In this document: piece by piece, positions 13,175 through 25,972 of the stretch
Layout of the letters: the number at the start of each line of letters is the position of its first letter
Position numbering within the stretch: position 1 is the first letter of the stretch
Assembly: GCF_006345805.1 (NCBI RefSeq)
Contig: NC_042997.1
Location: 38,688,001 to 38,752,000, forward strand
Length of the DNA: 64,000 nucleotides
Reading direction: 5' to 3'
DNA from: Octopus sinensis
Taxonomy: Eukaryota
Translations under genes and position numbers: made by a program
The notes under the pieces: generated by a model
What the model was told of the DNA's origin: nothing
Database searches by the model: none
Seen by the model: only the letters and a program-made list of their open reading frames with translations

Positions 13175-13369
13175 GTGTGTGCGTGCGTGTTTTTTATTCC
13201 CCACCACCGCTTGACAACTATAGTTGGTTTGTTTACGTCCCGTAACTTGGTTGTTCAGCGAAAACGACCCATAGAATAAGTGCCGGTTATATTTTAAAAA
13301 CAAAGGCTCCGGGGTCGATTTGTTCGACTAAATTCTCCAAGGCAGTGCTCCAGCATGGCCACAACCCAG

Positions 13370-13735
13370 TAATTGAAATATATATGTATGCGTGGCATCT
13401 TGGGCAAGTGTCTTCTGCTATAGCCCCGGGCCGACCAAAGCCTTGTGAGTGGATTTTGTAGACGGAAACTGAAAGAAGCCTGTCGTATATATGTATATAT
13501 ATATATATATGTGTGTGTATGTGTTTGTGTGTCTGTGTTTGTCCCGCTAGCATTGCTTGACAACCGATGTTGGTGTGTTTACGTCCCCGTCACTTAGCGG
13601 TTCGGCAAAAAAGAGACCGATAGAATAAGTACTGGGCTTACAAAGAATAAGTCCCGGGGTCGACTTGCTCGACTAAAGGCGGTGATCCAGCATGGCCGCA
13701 GTCAAATGACTGAAACATGTAAAAGGGTAAAAGAG
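13370..13735 (+). mobile_element. SINE family C (CORE-like, internal TA/GT microsatellite), 5'-truncated
   Basis: cttgggcaagtgtcttc core, gtagacggaaactgaaagaagcc, 3' half ending cagtcaaatgactgaaac. Confidence 0.9.
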
Positions 13736-14193
13736 TATATATATAATATAAAATATGGAGAGAGATAGACAGATATATAGAGAGAAAGGCAAGAGAGAGA
13801 GAGGGGAACATAGAGAGTGAGAGACTACACAGAGGCGAAGAGACAGATGTACAATGTCAGTGATATAAAGAAGGAGAAAGAAAAACAAAGCGTAAAATTT
13901 TGTGGTAGGTGGAGAAAAAGGCGTGAGGGCGTCATACTGTGACCGTGTGTGTGTATGTGACAGCGACAGAGATAAAGTGGGAGAGAGAGAGAAAGAAAGA
14001 AAGAGAGATAGAGAGAGAGAGTCAGAGCGAAAGAGAGGCACCGACAGACAGGCAGACAGACAGTGATTGTGAGCGTGCGTGAGTACTTGTTTGTGTGCGC
14101 GTATTTGTACAAGTGTGCTTTTGTGGTGGTTGCGTTGTTGAGAAAGACATGAATGTGGACTTACGAGAATGTATTCTGTCTGTTTTCGTGCAG

Positions 14194-14372
14194 GCAAAGC
14201 AACAGAACAGATGAACATCCTGCATATAAATCAAGGATGAATACGACGACTAACGCCGCCAACAGATCACTATTAAAACAACATTACAGTGGCAATCTAT
14301 CAAACTTCTCGGGGATAAATTCTTTGCCAGATCAATGTAATAGCACGGCTCTCTCGACTGATCACCTTACAG
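14194..14372 (+). CDS. Candidate 179-nt internal exon encoding an N-glycosylation-rich peptide
   Basis: Acceptor tgttttcgtgcAG, donor ACAG|GTAAGT. Only one open frame: QSNRTDEHPAYKSRMNTTTNAANRSLLKQHYSGNLSNFSGINSLPDQCNSTALSTDHLT. Unique, non-repeat sequence. Confidence 0.55.
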
Positions 14373-14542
14373 GTAAGTTTGTTGATTATTTTCGACTTGA
14401 AGATGTAAACACTTTATCAACTATTTCATTAAATGTTTATTATTTCATATATTTCTGTTGTGTTATGTTGTTTTTGTTTCATTTTACACTTCTCTCTCTA
14501 TACTGTTATCAATGCAACTACAGAACATGTGCGTATATATAG

Positions 14543-14626
<84 letters not shown>

Positions 14627-14654
14627 TGAGTGTGTGTATGTGTGTGTGTATACA

Positions 14655-14805
14655 GAGGCGTGGTTGTGTAGTGGGAAGCTCGCTTCTCGACCACATGGTT
14701 GTGGGTTCAGTCTCACTGCGTGGCACCTTGGACAATTGTCTCCTTGTGGGTCCACAAGGCTTTCTGAGTGGATTTAGTAGATGGAAACTGAAAGAAGCCC
14801 GTCGT

Positions 14806-14839
<34 letters not shown>

Positions 14840-15050
14840 TTGTGTGTGTGTGAGTGTGTCTTTGCGTCTGTGTCTGTCCCCCACCATCGCTTGACAACCG
14901 GTGCTGGTGTGTTTATGTCCCCGTAACTTAGTGGTTCAGCCAAAGAGACTGAAAGAATAAGTACTAGGCTTCAAATCGTAAGGTCGATTTGTTCGACTAA
15001 AACCCTTCAAGGAGGTACCCCAGCATGGCCGCAGTCAAGTGACTGTAACA
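14655..15050 (+). mobile_element. SINE family C
   Basis: Head aggcgtggttgtgtagtgg, core, internal (GT)n, 3' half. Confidence 0.85.
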
Positions 15051-15251
15051 TGTAAAGAACAAGAAACAGAAGACACACACACACACACACACACCACACA
15101 CACACACACACACACACCACACACACACACACACACCACACACACACACACACACACGCACAAAGGTGTGTATGTGCATGCCTGTGTCTGCGTGTGTAAT
15201 AGATATAAATGTATGTTTGTGTATATACGGCCATATATACACATACATAAG

Positions 15252-15290
<39 letters not shown>

Positions 15291-15608
15291 GGGGGACAGA
15301 GGAGAGAGAACGTGAGAGAGAGGAGGGAGAGTGCGAGAGAGAGAGAGAGAGTGGGAGACAAGCAATGAGAGTGAGAGACAGCGGGAAAGAGAGAGAAGGA
15401 GGGCAGACATACACAAACACTCACACACATATGTAGTTTGTTTTTATGTGAAGTTATGCATAAAAAAATTAATTTAGCATTAAACAGAAGGACTAATCAA
15501 TGAATTTTGGCAGAGTACGTAGTTTTTAATTTAACAAGGAATACACACACACACACATACACACACACACACACAATACATACATACATACATACATACA
15601 TACATACA

Positions 15609-15639
<31 letters not shown>

Positions 15640-16346
15640 GGATGTATGTGTATAACTTTTATTAACAAGGTATAATGCCTTACAACCACACAATTGTTTT
15701 GATAGGCTGTTGTTTTTCTTCAAAGGCTAAAACGATTATCCTTTGAAAAAAAAAATGCAAGGATATATATATTTATATATATAGAATCATTTGTTTAATA
15801 AAAGTAATGTCATCTCTGCGTTTGAAACGGTTTGGGTACTTTTTAAGAGTTATGGTCAACTCGATCCGTAGGTATGCAACGAACATATCACACAAACACG
15901 CGTGCGTCAACAAATATCTATATATATATATTTGTAATTGTATGTGAATGTGTGTGTGTGTATAGACATATGCATAGGAATGCAGTAAACAAACGTGAAT
16001 AAAAAAAGCAGCCAATTCATATATATATACATATCTATATATATTTAGCTTAGATGTATATGTGTGTGTGGAAGTGTGAATTATCGCATATTAGCCACTA
16101 ACTTTATCGTGTCGTTGTAAATCATGATTTAGCAGCTGTTTACAAAGGTTACAGAATTTAAAGAGATTAAGCATATGGTTCAAAACAAAATATAGAAATA
16201 AAGAAAATATTTCAAAGGGAATCATTATTCGTTACCTCGTGTTTTTAGCAAGCATATCTTCTCTATAAATATATTCTGTAAACTTCGTAAACAACTTAAA
16301 TTGCACGCCTGACGGGAAACTTGTTTGTCGCAACAGTGTATCACAG

Positions 16347-17345
16347 ATATATATGTTTATATGTCGTATTTCGTATGCCGTTATGTTCTGAGTTCAAATT
16401 CCGCCGAGGTCGACTTTGCCTTTCATCCTTTCGGGGTCGATAAATTAAGTACCAGTTACGCACTGGGGTCGATATAATCGACTTAATCCGTTTGTCTGTC
16501 CTTGTTTGTCCCCTCTATGTTTAGCCCCTTGTGGGTAATAAAGAAATATATATGTTTATATGTCGTATTTCGTCTGCCGTTATGTTCTGAGTTCAAATTC
16601 CACCGAGGTCGACTTTGCCTTTCATCCTTTCGGGGGTCGATAAATTAAGTACCAGTTACGCACTGGGGTCGATATAATCGACTCAATCCGTTTGTCTGTC
16701 CTTGTTTGTCCCCTCTGTGTTTAGCCCCTTGTGGGTAATACAGAAATATATATGTTTATATGTCGTATTTCGTCTGCCGTTATGTTCTGAGTTCAAATTC
16801 CGCCGAGGTCGACTTTGCCTTTCATCCTTTCGGGGGTCGATAAATTAAGTACCAGTTACGCACTGGGGTCGATATAATCGACTCAATCCGTTTGTCTGTC
16901 CTTGTTTGTCCCCTCTGTGTTTAGCCCCTTGTGGGTAATACAGAAATATATATGTTTATATGTCGTATTTCGTCTGCCGTTATGTTCTGAGTTCAAATTC
17001 CGCCGAGGTCGACTTTACCTTTCATCCTTTCGGGGTCGATAAATTAAGTACCAGTTACGCACTGGAGTCGATATAATCGACTTAATCCGTTTGTCTGTCC
17101 TTGTTTGTCCCATCGGTGTTTAGCCCCTTGTGGGTAATACAGAAATATATATGTTTATATGTCGTATTTCGTCTGCCGTTATGTTCTGAGTTCAAATTCC
17201 GCCGAGGTCGACTTTACCTTTCATCCTTTCGGGGTCGATAAATTAAGTACCAGTTACGCACTGGAGTCGATATAATCGACTTAATCCGTTTGTCTGTCCT
17301 TGTTTGTCCCATCGGTGTTTAGCCCCCTGTGGGTAGTAAAGAAAT
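16347..17345 (+). repeat. Tandem array of five ~199-200 bp units derived from headless SINE A
   Basis: Units start at 16347, 16546, 16746, 16946 and 17145; each is atatatatgtttatatgt plus SINE A core and tail. Confidence 0.95.
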
Positions 17346-18039
17346 ATGTGTGTGTGTGTGTTGTGTGTGTTGCGTGTGTGTGTGTGTATGTATGTATGTA
17401 TGTATATATGTGTGCGCGCATGCGTGTGCGTGTGGCGGGGTTAGCGCATTCGACAAACAAAACGTATCGTGGTATTTGTTTAGCATTTGTATATTCCGGG
17501 TTCAAATCGCGCTGTGTACAGCATTTCTATTTATTCCCCTAATGTTGACTAATGTAGTAAAGGTTTGCACCATCGACTGTTATACGACACCTAATTTCTC
17601 AATTAGTCCCTGTATGAGAAATCCCTACATATCTATACATGTTTGCTTCTGTGTGTGTGTGTGAGCGCGCACGTGTGGCTCTTTATGCGTATCATGTACA
17701 CATACGGCTAAAGTCACCTGTAAATATATGTACATGTATATATATCCATGCACAATACAAATATTTATACGTATGTGTATATATAAGGTGCAGAAATGAC
17801 AACGGTGGATCTTGAAGCACATAAAGCTATTGGGCCGAAGGCGACCTTCAACATATTTTCTCCAACAGATTCTATCCAAAAAAATTCCGACATGATATTA
17901 CTTATATCTTTATGTACTTCGAGAGCCACTGTTCAAAGAAAAACCAGACTTATTTCACACTTTCTCGAAAGTTTATAAGTACAGACGGTATCAACAATTT
18001 GTGGGTGTGTGTGCATATGTGCAATGTATGTGGTTCAAT

Positions 18040-18344
18040 GTGGAGGCGCAATGGCCCAGTGGCTAGGGCAGCGGACTCGCGGTCGGAGGATCACGCTTTC
18101 GATTCCCAGACCGGGCGTTGTGCGTGTTTATTGAGCGAAAACACCTAAAAGCTCCACGAAGCTCCGGCAGGGGTTGGTGGCGACCCCTTTTGTACTCTTT
18201 CGCCACAACATACTCTCACTCTCTCTTCCTGTTTCTTGAGTAACGCTGCGATGGACTGGCGTCCCGTCCAGCTGGGGGGAACACATACGCCACAGAAACC
18301 GGGAAACCGGGCCCATGAGCCTGGCTAGGCTTCAAAAGGGCAAC
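18040..18344 (+). mobile_element. SINE with family B head and V-domain-like tail
   Basis: ggaggcgcaatggcccagtgg (A-box) and tttcgattccc (B-box), then gagtaacgctgcgatggactggcgtcccgtccagctgg tail shared with family D. Confidence 0.8.
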
Positions 18345-18504
18345 ATTTTTATGTGGTTCAATATATAAAAAAAATTTTACTTTTAAAACATAAAACGCTG
18401 TAAATCTTATCATTAAACTGATTCTTATTGTATTAAGACTGGAGAAATGACAAATAAATACAGAATATTATGTATCGTACACAGTGGAACTGTATGCGAT
18501 ACAT

Positions 18505-18667
18505 AGGCGCAGGAGTGGCTGTGTGGTAAGTAGCTTGCTTACCAACCACACATTTCCGGGTCCAGTCCCACTGCATGGCACCTTAGGAAAGTGTCTTCTA
18601 CTATAGCCTCGGGCCGACCAAAGCCTTGTGAGAGGATTTGATAGACGGAAACTGAAAGAAGCCTGTC

Positions 18668-18740
<73 letters not shown>

Positions 18741-19002
18741 GGTGAATTGAAGAAAAGGGCTGAACGCAGATTGAACAGAAATCGTTTTATTTATTCAAAA
18801 CGATTTCTGTCAATATGCGTTCAGCTCTTTTCTTCAATTCACCAATAATGTTTTAATTTCAATTATCCGAACCAACGCACGGTTGCTACGCCAGATGGTT
18901 GTACCTCCAACCGTGCTGTTCACTGCTGTGATTTTTGCTACTAAGGTATCGGTTAAACTTTTGATTAATCTACTACAAGATTATTCATCTTTCTATTTCA
19001 CA

Positions 19003-19052
<50 letters not shown>

Positions 19053-19285
19053 GTGTATGTGGTGGTGTGTGTCTGTGTTTGCCCCCACCAACATCACTTG
19101 ACAACCAATGCTGTATGTTTACGTCCCCGTTACATAGCGGTTCGGCAAAAGAGACCGATAGAATAAGTACTAGGCTTACAAAGAATAAGTCCCGGAGTCG
19201 ATTTGCTCGATTAAAAGGCGGTGTTCCAGCATGGCCGCAGTCAAATGACTGAAACAAGTAAAAGAGTAAAGAGTAAAGAGTAAGA
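18505..19285 (+). mobile_element. SINE family C split by expanded (TA)n and an inserted element
   Basis: 5' half 18505-18670, 3' half ~19040-19285, with (TA)n and a hairpin-containing insert between. Confidence 0.8.
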
Positions 19286-19506
19286 GAACTTTGAACGATT
19301 TTCCAGGAAAGCAGTTTCCTTCCGTCCGGCAAATGATGTATCAAATTACTTTACAATGAGAGTGAGATGAGATTAAAATGAAATTTGCCGCTTATGAAGG
19401 TGATGTACTGGACGAGTATATATGAACGTCACATAATCTCATCATTCCTAAACTCCATAATAGATTTTTAAAACATTGTGTTTTTGTGCAATATCGTCGG
19501 CATATA

Positions 19507-19740
19507 TGTTTCTTTATTGCCCACAAGGGGCTAAACACAGAGAGGACAAACAAATACAGACAAAGGGATTAAGTCGATTATATCGACTCCAGAGCGTAAC
19601 TGGTACTTAATTTATCGACCCCGAAAGGATGAAAGGCAAAGTCGACCTCGGCGGAATTTGAACTCAGAACGTAGCGACAGGCGAAATACCGCTAAGCATT
19701 TCGCCCGGCGTCCTAACGTTTCTGCTAGCTCGCCGCCTTT
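19507..19740 (-). mobile_element. SINE family A, full length with 13-bp TSD
   Basis: TSD tcgtcggcatata at 19494-19506 and 19741-19753. Confidence 0.92.
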
Positions 19741-20069
19741 TCGTCGGCATATAACGTAACACACAACCATGCATATATATGTGTGTTTGCATGTATGTGT
19801 ATATGTGTGTGCTCGCGTGCGTGCGTGTGTGTGTGTACGAGTGTGTGTAAACAAATAATATTTTGTGTAGGCATTTTTCCTATTTTATCTTTAACTTGTT
19901 TCAATTGTTAGACGACAGACATGCTGGGACACCGCCTTGAGGAACATTAGTCGAACTAATCCACTCCAGCTCTTATTCTTTTATTTTAAGCTTGGCAGAA
20001 TCGTCAGCACGCCGGGCTAAATACTCAGCGGTATTTCGTCTACCTGGTAGTTGCCTAACTACTGGGTTA

Positions 20070-20130
20070 TGTAGACGTAAATACACTGACACCGGTTGTC
20101 AAGTGGTAGTGGGAGACAAACACAGACATG

Positions 20131-20170
<40 letters not shown>

Positions 20171-20360
20171 CATGTATATATATATATCTATGTATATGTA
20201 TGTATACATTATGCTTCTTTCAGTTTCCGCCCACCAAATCCACTCTACAAGGATTTGATCGACCCGAGACAATAATAGAAGACACTTGCCCAAGTTGTCG
20301 CACAGAGGGACTGAACCCGGAACCATGTGGTTGGGAAATTAACTTCTTATCATACAGCCA
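20070..20360 (-). mobile_element. SINE family C (diverged)
   Basis: Reverse complement of family C core and head with internal (CA)n. Confidence 0.8.
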
Positions 20361-20378
20361 CGGCGACGTATACACACA

Positions 20379-20422
<44 letters not shown>

Positions 20423-20689
20423 TATATATATATATATATATTAATTTATTATATAGAAGGAGCTTCTACAGCCTGTAGAAGCTCCTTCTATATAATAAAT
20501 TATTTTACTCTGCTATGTATTGAGACCTTATTTACTGTGGTTAACCCCGAATCAAACCCGGACCTACATATATATATATATAACATACAGATATATATAA
20601 ATTAAATTTTGGTGAAATATATATATATATAATGGACTTTTATCATTACTATTCGACTTGACTTAGGTTTGTTCTTATTCCGAGGAGAA

Positions 20690-21465
20690 TCTACGTGGGT
20701 AGCAGGTTACAACCTGTAAGCTTAGATATTCACAAACTTTCAATAATCTTTCAAGTACTCAAAAAACACTTCTAATAATCTTTCCTCTACCTAACAGGCA
20801 AATTTTTTGTAGAAGCTCTACAGGACACTCCATTCCAATCAATTTCAAACACTTATCTATATCATTGCTCACAGTTCCAAATGCAACAATTATTACGGGC
20901 ACGATCTTTTACAGTTTTCATAATCACAATTCTCGCAATTTCAAATTTTAAGGGATTTTATCTTTTTTGAATTTTTCGCCTTCTTCCTTCACGATTCTCG
21001 AATCAAACGCACATGATGGATCAATTAGTAAGCAACTTCGCTTTTCCCTTCTTTATTATTGCTATATCATATTGATCATATTGCTATATCTTATATTAAT
21101 GTTCCATCTTTTTATCCGTTTGAATTGGAAGATCACACAAAAATCTTGCATTTCTCCGACTTAAGCATTCTTTCAACCCGATGATTATTATACCAAGTAC
21201 TGCCAGCTTCATAGCTCCGTTTCTGACAAAAGCTTCCCGTGCAAAACTTTCACGACGTGGCCATCCTCCATTTCGTATTTTCTCCCTGGACCATGTTGGG
21301 ATATTCTGCAATAATGTGTGATATCGTTTAACCCTGTATTCAACATATTTTCTCGAGTCTTCTGGTTCTAACGCTTGACCTTGAACTGTTATAATAAGGT
21401 TCTCTATTTCTTTTTCGATTGCATGTTTTCAACCGAGCCCGGATTTTTGCTCCAAATGCATCCTC
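20690..21465 (-). pseudogene. Degraded R4/Dong-like non-LTR retrotransposon C-terminus (restriction-like endonuclease)
   Basis: Frameshifted minus-strand translation gives EKEIENLIITVQGQAL, CDLPIQTDKKMEH, LLIDPSCAFDSRIVKEEGEKF, VPVIIVAFGTVS and LLQKICLLG. Abuts (TAA)n. Confidence 0.75.
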
Positions 21466-21469
21466 AGTG

Positions 21470-21515
<46 letters not shown>

Positions 21516-21664
21516 TATTATTATTATATTATCATTATTATTATTATCATTATTATTATTATCATTATCATCATCATCATCATCATCATCATCATTATCA
21601 TCATCATCATCATCATCACCATCCTCGTCAACATCATCAGTATCATCATCATCGTCATCACTGA

Positions 21665-22630
21665 TAGCGCTGGCAGAATCGTTAGCACGCCGGGCTAAAT
21701 ACTTAGAGCTATTTCGTCCTGCTTTACATTCTGAGTTCAAATTCCACCTAGGTTGACTTTGCCTTTCATCCTTTCAGAGTCGATAAAGTAAGTACCAGTT
21801 GAATACTGGGGTCGATGTAATTGACTTAACTCCTTCCCTGAGGTTACTGACTTTGCGCCAAAATTTAAAACCATCATCATCATCATCATAATCATGATCA
21901 TTGTCGTCGTCGTCCTCGTCATTGTCATCATTGTTAGCACTAGCAGAATCGTTAGCACGCTGGACGAAATTCTTAGCGGTATTTCGTCTGCCGCTACGTT
22001 CTGAGTTCAAATTCCGCCGAGGTCGACTTTGTCTTTCATCCTTTCGGGGTCGATTAAATAAGCACCAGTTACGCACTGGGGTCGATATAATCGACTTAAT
22101 ACGTTTGTCTGTCCTTGTCTGTTCCCTCTGTGTTTAGCCCCTTGTGGGTAGTAAAGAAATGGGTAATTTGTCCGTCATTATGTTCTGGGTTCAAATTCCG
22201 CCAAGGTCGACTTTGCCTTTCATCTTTTCAGGGTCGATAAAACAAGTACCAGTAATTCACTGGGATTAATGCAATCGAATATCCCCACCCCCAAAATTTC
22301 AGGCCTGTGCCTATTGCAAAAGTTATCATCATCATCATCATCATCATCTTCATTATCCCCGTTGTTAGCGATGGCAGAATCGTTAGCAGGGCGGGAAAAC
22401 TGCTTAGCGGAATTTTACCCGTCTTTACGTTCTGAGTTCAAATTCTTGTCTTTCATTCTTCGAATAATATAAGTAACAGTTCAGCACTGGAGTCGATGTA
22501 ATTGACTAAACCCCTGCCACGAAACTACTGGCCTCATATTGAAATTTGAAACCCACCAGTGGAACACGGGGATGGATGTAATTGGCTAACCCCTCACTCA
22601 AAATGTCAGGCCTCGTACCTACATAGAGAA
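21665..22630 (+). mobile_element. Cluster of five partial or complete SINE A copies among (CAT)n tracts
   Basis: Repeated ggcagaatcgttagc...gagttcaaattcc...ggggtcgat modules. Confidence 0.85.
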
Positions 22631-22678
22631 AGGATTAGTACTATTGTTGTTGTTGTTGTTGTTGTTATTATTATTATT

Positions 22679-22732
<54 letters not shown>

Positions 22733-22889
22733 CATCATTATCATCATTATCATCATTATTATTCTTTTTCATAAGCATCATTCAATTCTGTTTCCATTTC
22801 TTGCCGCATATCTTCCTGATACTTAGAGCAGAGAAACGTACTGCATACATTGATAGGCTATTAAAATAAATCCATCAGATTATAATTAA

Positions 22890-22948
<59 letters not shown>

Positions 22949-22978
22949 GTAGTATTATTATTATTATTATTATTATTA

Positions 22979-23020
<42 letters not shown>

Positions 23021-23021
<1 letters not shown>

Positions 23022-23560
23022 GAGTGAGAGAACAGTGCACGCAATCAAAGTGACACTGGTGTAAAATATACGAAGCCCAGTATACCCATCATGACTACCC
23101 GTCTGATGAGGATACACTAGGCACATGCATCACAACCATATGTGTGCGACATGGCGATCTCATATCAAGATAAACAGCACGTGACCTTGCAGGTGGGGCC
23201 CAGTTAGAATTTTCTTCTGGTCGAGTTATCCATCCCGCTCAAAAGGTCCCTGAATAAGGATTGTTTAAGGATATTGAACGAAACACCCATGTTTCCAGAG
23301 GTGAATTATTCAAACCCCGAAGAATCCCTCCCAACACATGGCTATGATACTCCCCCACTACTTCTGCTCGTGGTCAGAGATGCACATATCGTCAGCCACT
23401 AAGGGACATGCTCGACTGGTTAAGGTCAAACAACAGACAAGCAAATCTGTGGTATTCAACAGAATATTTATACGAATACAAATCAATGTACATGATGAAA
23501 CTTCCAATCAGTTAAGATCAGAAGCCACGAGAGCCCTTGCCTGGTATTGCATCATGGCAT
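23021..23560. mobile_element. Unclassified ~550-bp repeat E flanked by (ATT)n
   Basis: tgagtgagag...catcagggcatt; near-identical copy at 28373-28930. Confidence 0.85.
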
Positions 23561-23571
23561 TATTATTATTA

Positions 23572-23688
<117 letters not shown>

Positions 23689-23691
23689 CAT

Positions 23692-24176
23692 TGAGTGAGA
23701 GACCAACGCATGTCATCAAAATGACACTGAGATACAAATATACGAAACTCAATATACTCATCATGATTATATGTCTGATAAGAGTACACCAGGCATATGC
23801 ATCACAACCATATGTGCGTGACATGGTGATCTCATATCAAGATAAACAGCGCATGACCTTGCAGGTGAAGCCCACTTAGAATTTTCATCAGGTCAAGTGC
23901 CCAATCCTTCTCAAAAGATCCCTGAATAAGGATTACTCTTTTTACTCTTTTACTTGTTTCAGTCATTTGACTTCGGCCATGATGGAGCACCACCTATTTA
24001 GTCGAGTGAATCGACCCCACGACTGATTCTTTATAAACCTAGTACTTATTCTATCGGTCACTTTTGCCGAACCGCTAAGTTACGGGGATGTAAACACACC
24101 AGCATCGGTTGTCAAGCGATGGTGGAGGGACAAACACAGACACACAAACATATACACACACATACATATATATATA

Positions 24177-24229
<53 letters not shown>

Positions 24230-24390
24230 CGACGGTTAAGGTAAAAAAACTGACAAGCAAATCTGTTGTATTGAGCATTATTTGCTGTAGCCCATCCTTT
24301 TATACCAAGACATAATGTACCTGATAACACTTCCAGTAGTTAAGATCAGAAGCCATTGGAACCACTACCCGGTACTGCATCAGGGCATTT
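23692..24390. mobile_element. Repeat E interrupted by an antisense SINE C (23934-24232)
   Basis: E start at 23692, E end at 24233-24390, SINE C between. Confidence 0.8.
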
Positions 24391-24436
24391 ATCATAATCA
24401 TCATCATCATTATTATTATTGTTATTATTATTATTA

Positions 24437-24524
<88 letters not shown>

Positions 24525-25075
24525 GGCAACGAGCCGGCTGAACCGTTAGCACGCCGAGCAAAATGCGTAGCGGCCTAATTCCACCGAGGTCCACTTTGCC
24601 TTTCATCCTTTCGAGGTTGATAAAATGGGTACCAGTTGCACACTGGGGTCGATGTAATCGATTCATCCCCCCCCCCTCCTAAAATTTCTGCCCTTATGGC
24701 AAAATTTGAAACCAAAGGCGACGAGCTGGCAAAATCGTTAGCACGCTGGACGAAATGCTTAACAGTATTTTGTCTGTCGCTACGTTCTGAGTTCAAATTC
24801 CACCGAAGTCGACTTTGTCTTTCATCCTTTCGGGGTCGATTAAATAAATACTAGTTACGCATTGGGACCGATATAATCGACTTAATCCGTCTGTCTATCC
24901 TTGTTTGCCCTCTCTGTGTTTAGCCCCTTGTGGGTAGTAAAGAAATAGGTAATTCATCTGTCTTTACGTTCTGAGTTCAAATTTCGGGGTCGATAAATTA
25001 AGTACCAGTGAAACACGGGGGTCGATGTAATCGACTAGATCTCTCCCCCATAACTTCAGGCCGTGTGCATTTAGT
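24525..25075 (+). mobile_element. Three tandem SINE A copies
   Basis: Family A modules at ~24525, ~24715 and ~24950. Confidence 0.85.
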
Positions 25076-25089
25076 AGGAATGTTTATTA

Positions 25090-25950
25090 CTATTATACTT
25101 ATTCAACATTTTGTAGTTTCAGGCAAATTTCTACTGCATCACCTGCTACACCCCCATGTTGTTGGGGCGTGTGCATTTTTTTATGCTGGTAAGAGACTGC
25201 AAAATCTTCCCAGTATTGTATTGCGTAATTTCCTTTTGTTATGGGGTCTGGTACAGTCTCTCGTTGTATCAGTGTTGGTATTGTGTGTTGTGTGTAATGT
25301 GTTGGGTATCCAGTCTGTTGATAGTTGTATATTTTAGTGGATTTTTCTATTAGTTTGTCTATTTCGGTTTGCGGCACTTTTCCCTCTCGCAGGTATATCG
25401 TCAGACATTTGCAGGTGTATTTTCCAAGATTTTTTTCACTTATATGAGTATTTCTTCTTCTCCTCCGTATTTAATAATTTTTTTTTTACATCATCCCTAT
25501 TTGCTTCGGGCATAGTTTTGCAGAGTAGAACGCATATAGCACTTCAAAATAGCTGTCATCCGTCCACCGTTCTCTTCTGGTTTTATTTATCGCTTCAGCA
25601 GTGACATTAAGAAAGAGTCTGTCTCTTCAGTGTTAACTTTTTGACAGATCACCGTCTCTTCGACATGAGCTAAATTACTTTCATGTCGTTGTCGCCTGAA
25701 ACTCACAGGCAGAAATCCATCTCTATTTGTTTTCACAGTTTTATTACTGAGCATATCTGCGTTTTTCTCTCTGTTTAAATGAGACTTGTTTCAGCTTATA
25801 TTTATTATTATTTCTCTTTTTAAGTTGTTTAAATACTGTGTGCGCTATGTTACCTTGTTCATGTGCAAAAGGCTGTACGTGTGTGTACTATTTCGGAGCA
25901 GTGTTTTATCGCTCTCACATGTTAAACGTCCCCCGTATCTTCCTTTATTT
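25090..25950 (-). pseudogene. Degraded 5' coding region of an R4/Dong-like element (tentative)
   Basis: Minus strand reads RERWT..YFEVLYAFYSA and ANV*RY-LREGKVPQTEIDKLIEK, resembling R4/Dong N-termini as recalled. Confidence 0.4.
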
Positions 25951-25972
25951 TAATAATAATAATTATTATTAT

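Noticed and set aside
17780-17990. Open frames with acceptor-like sites on both strands
   Set aside because: Conflicting candidates, weak donors, and no recognisable protein.
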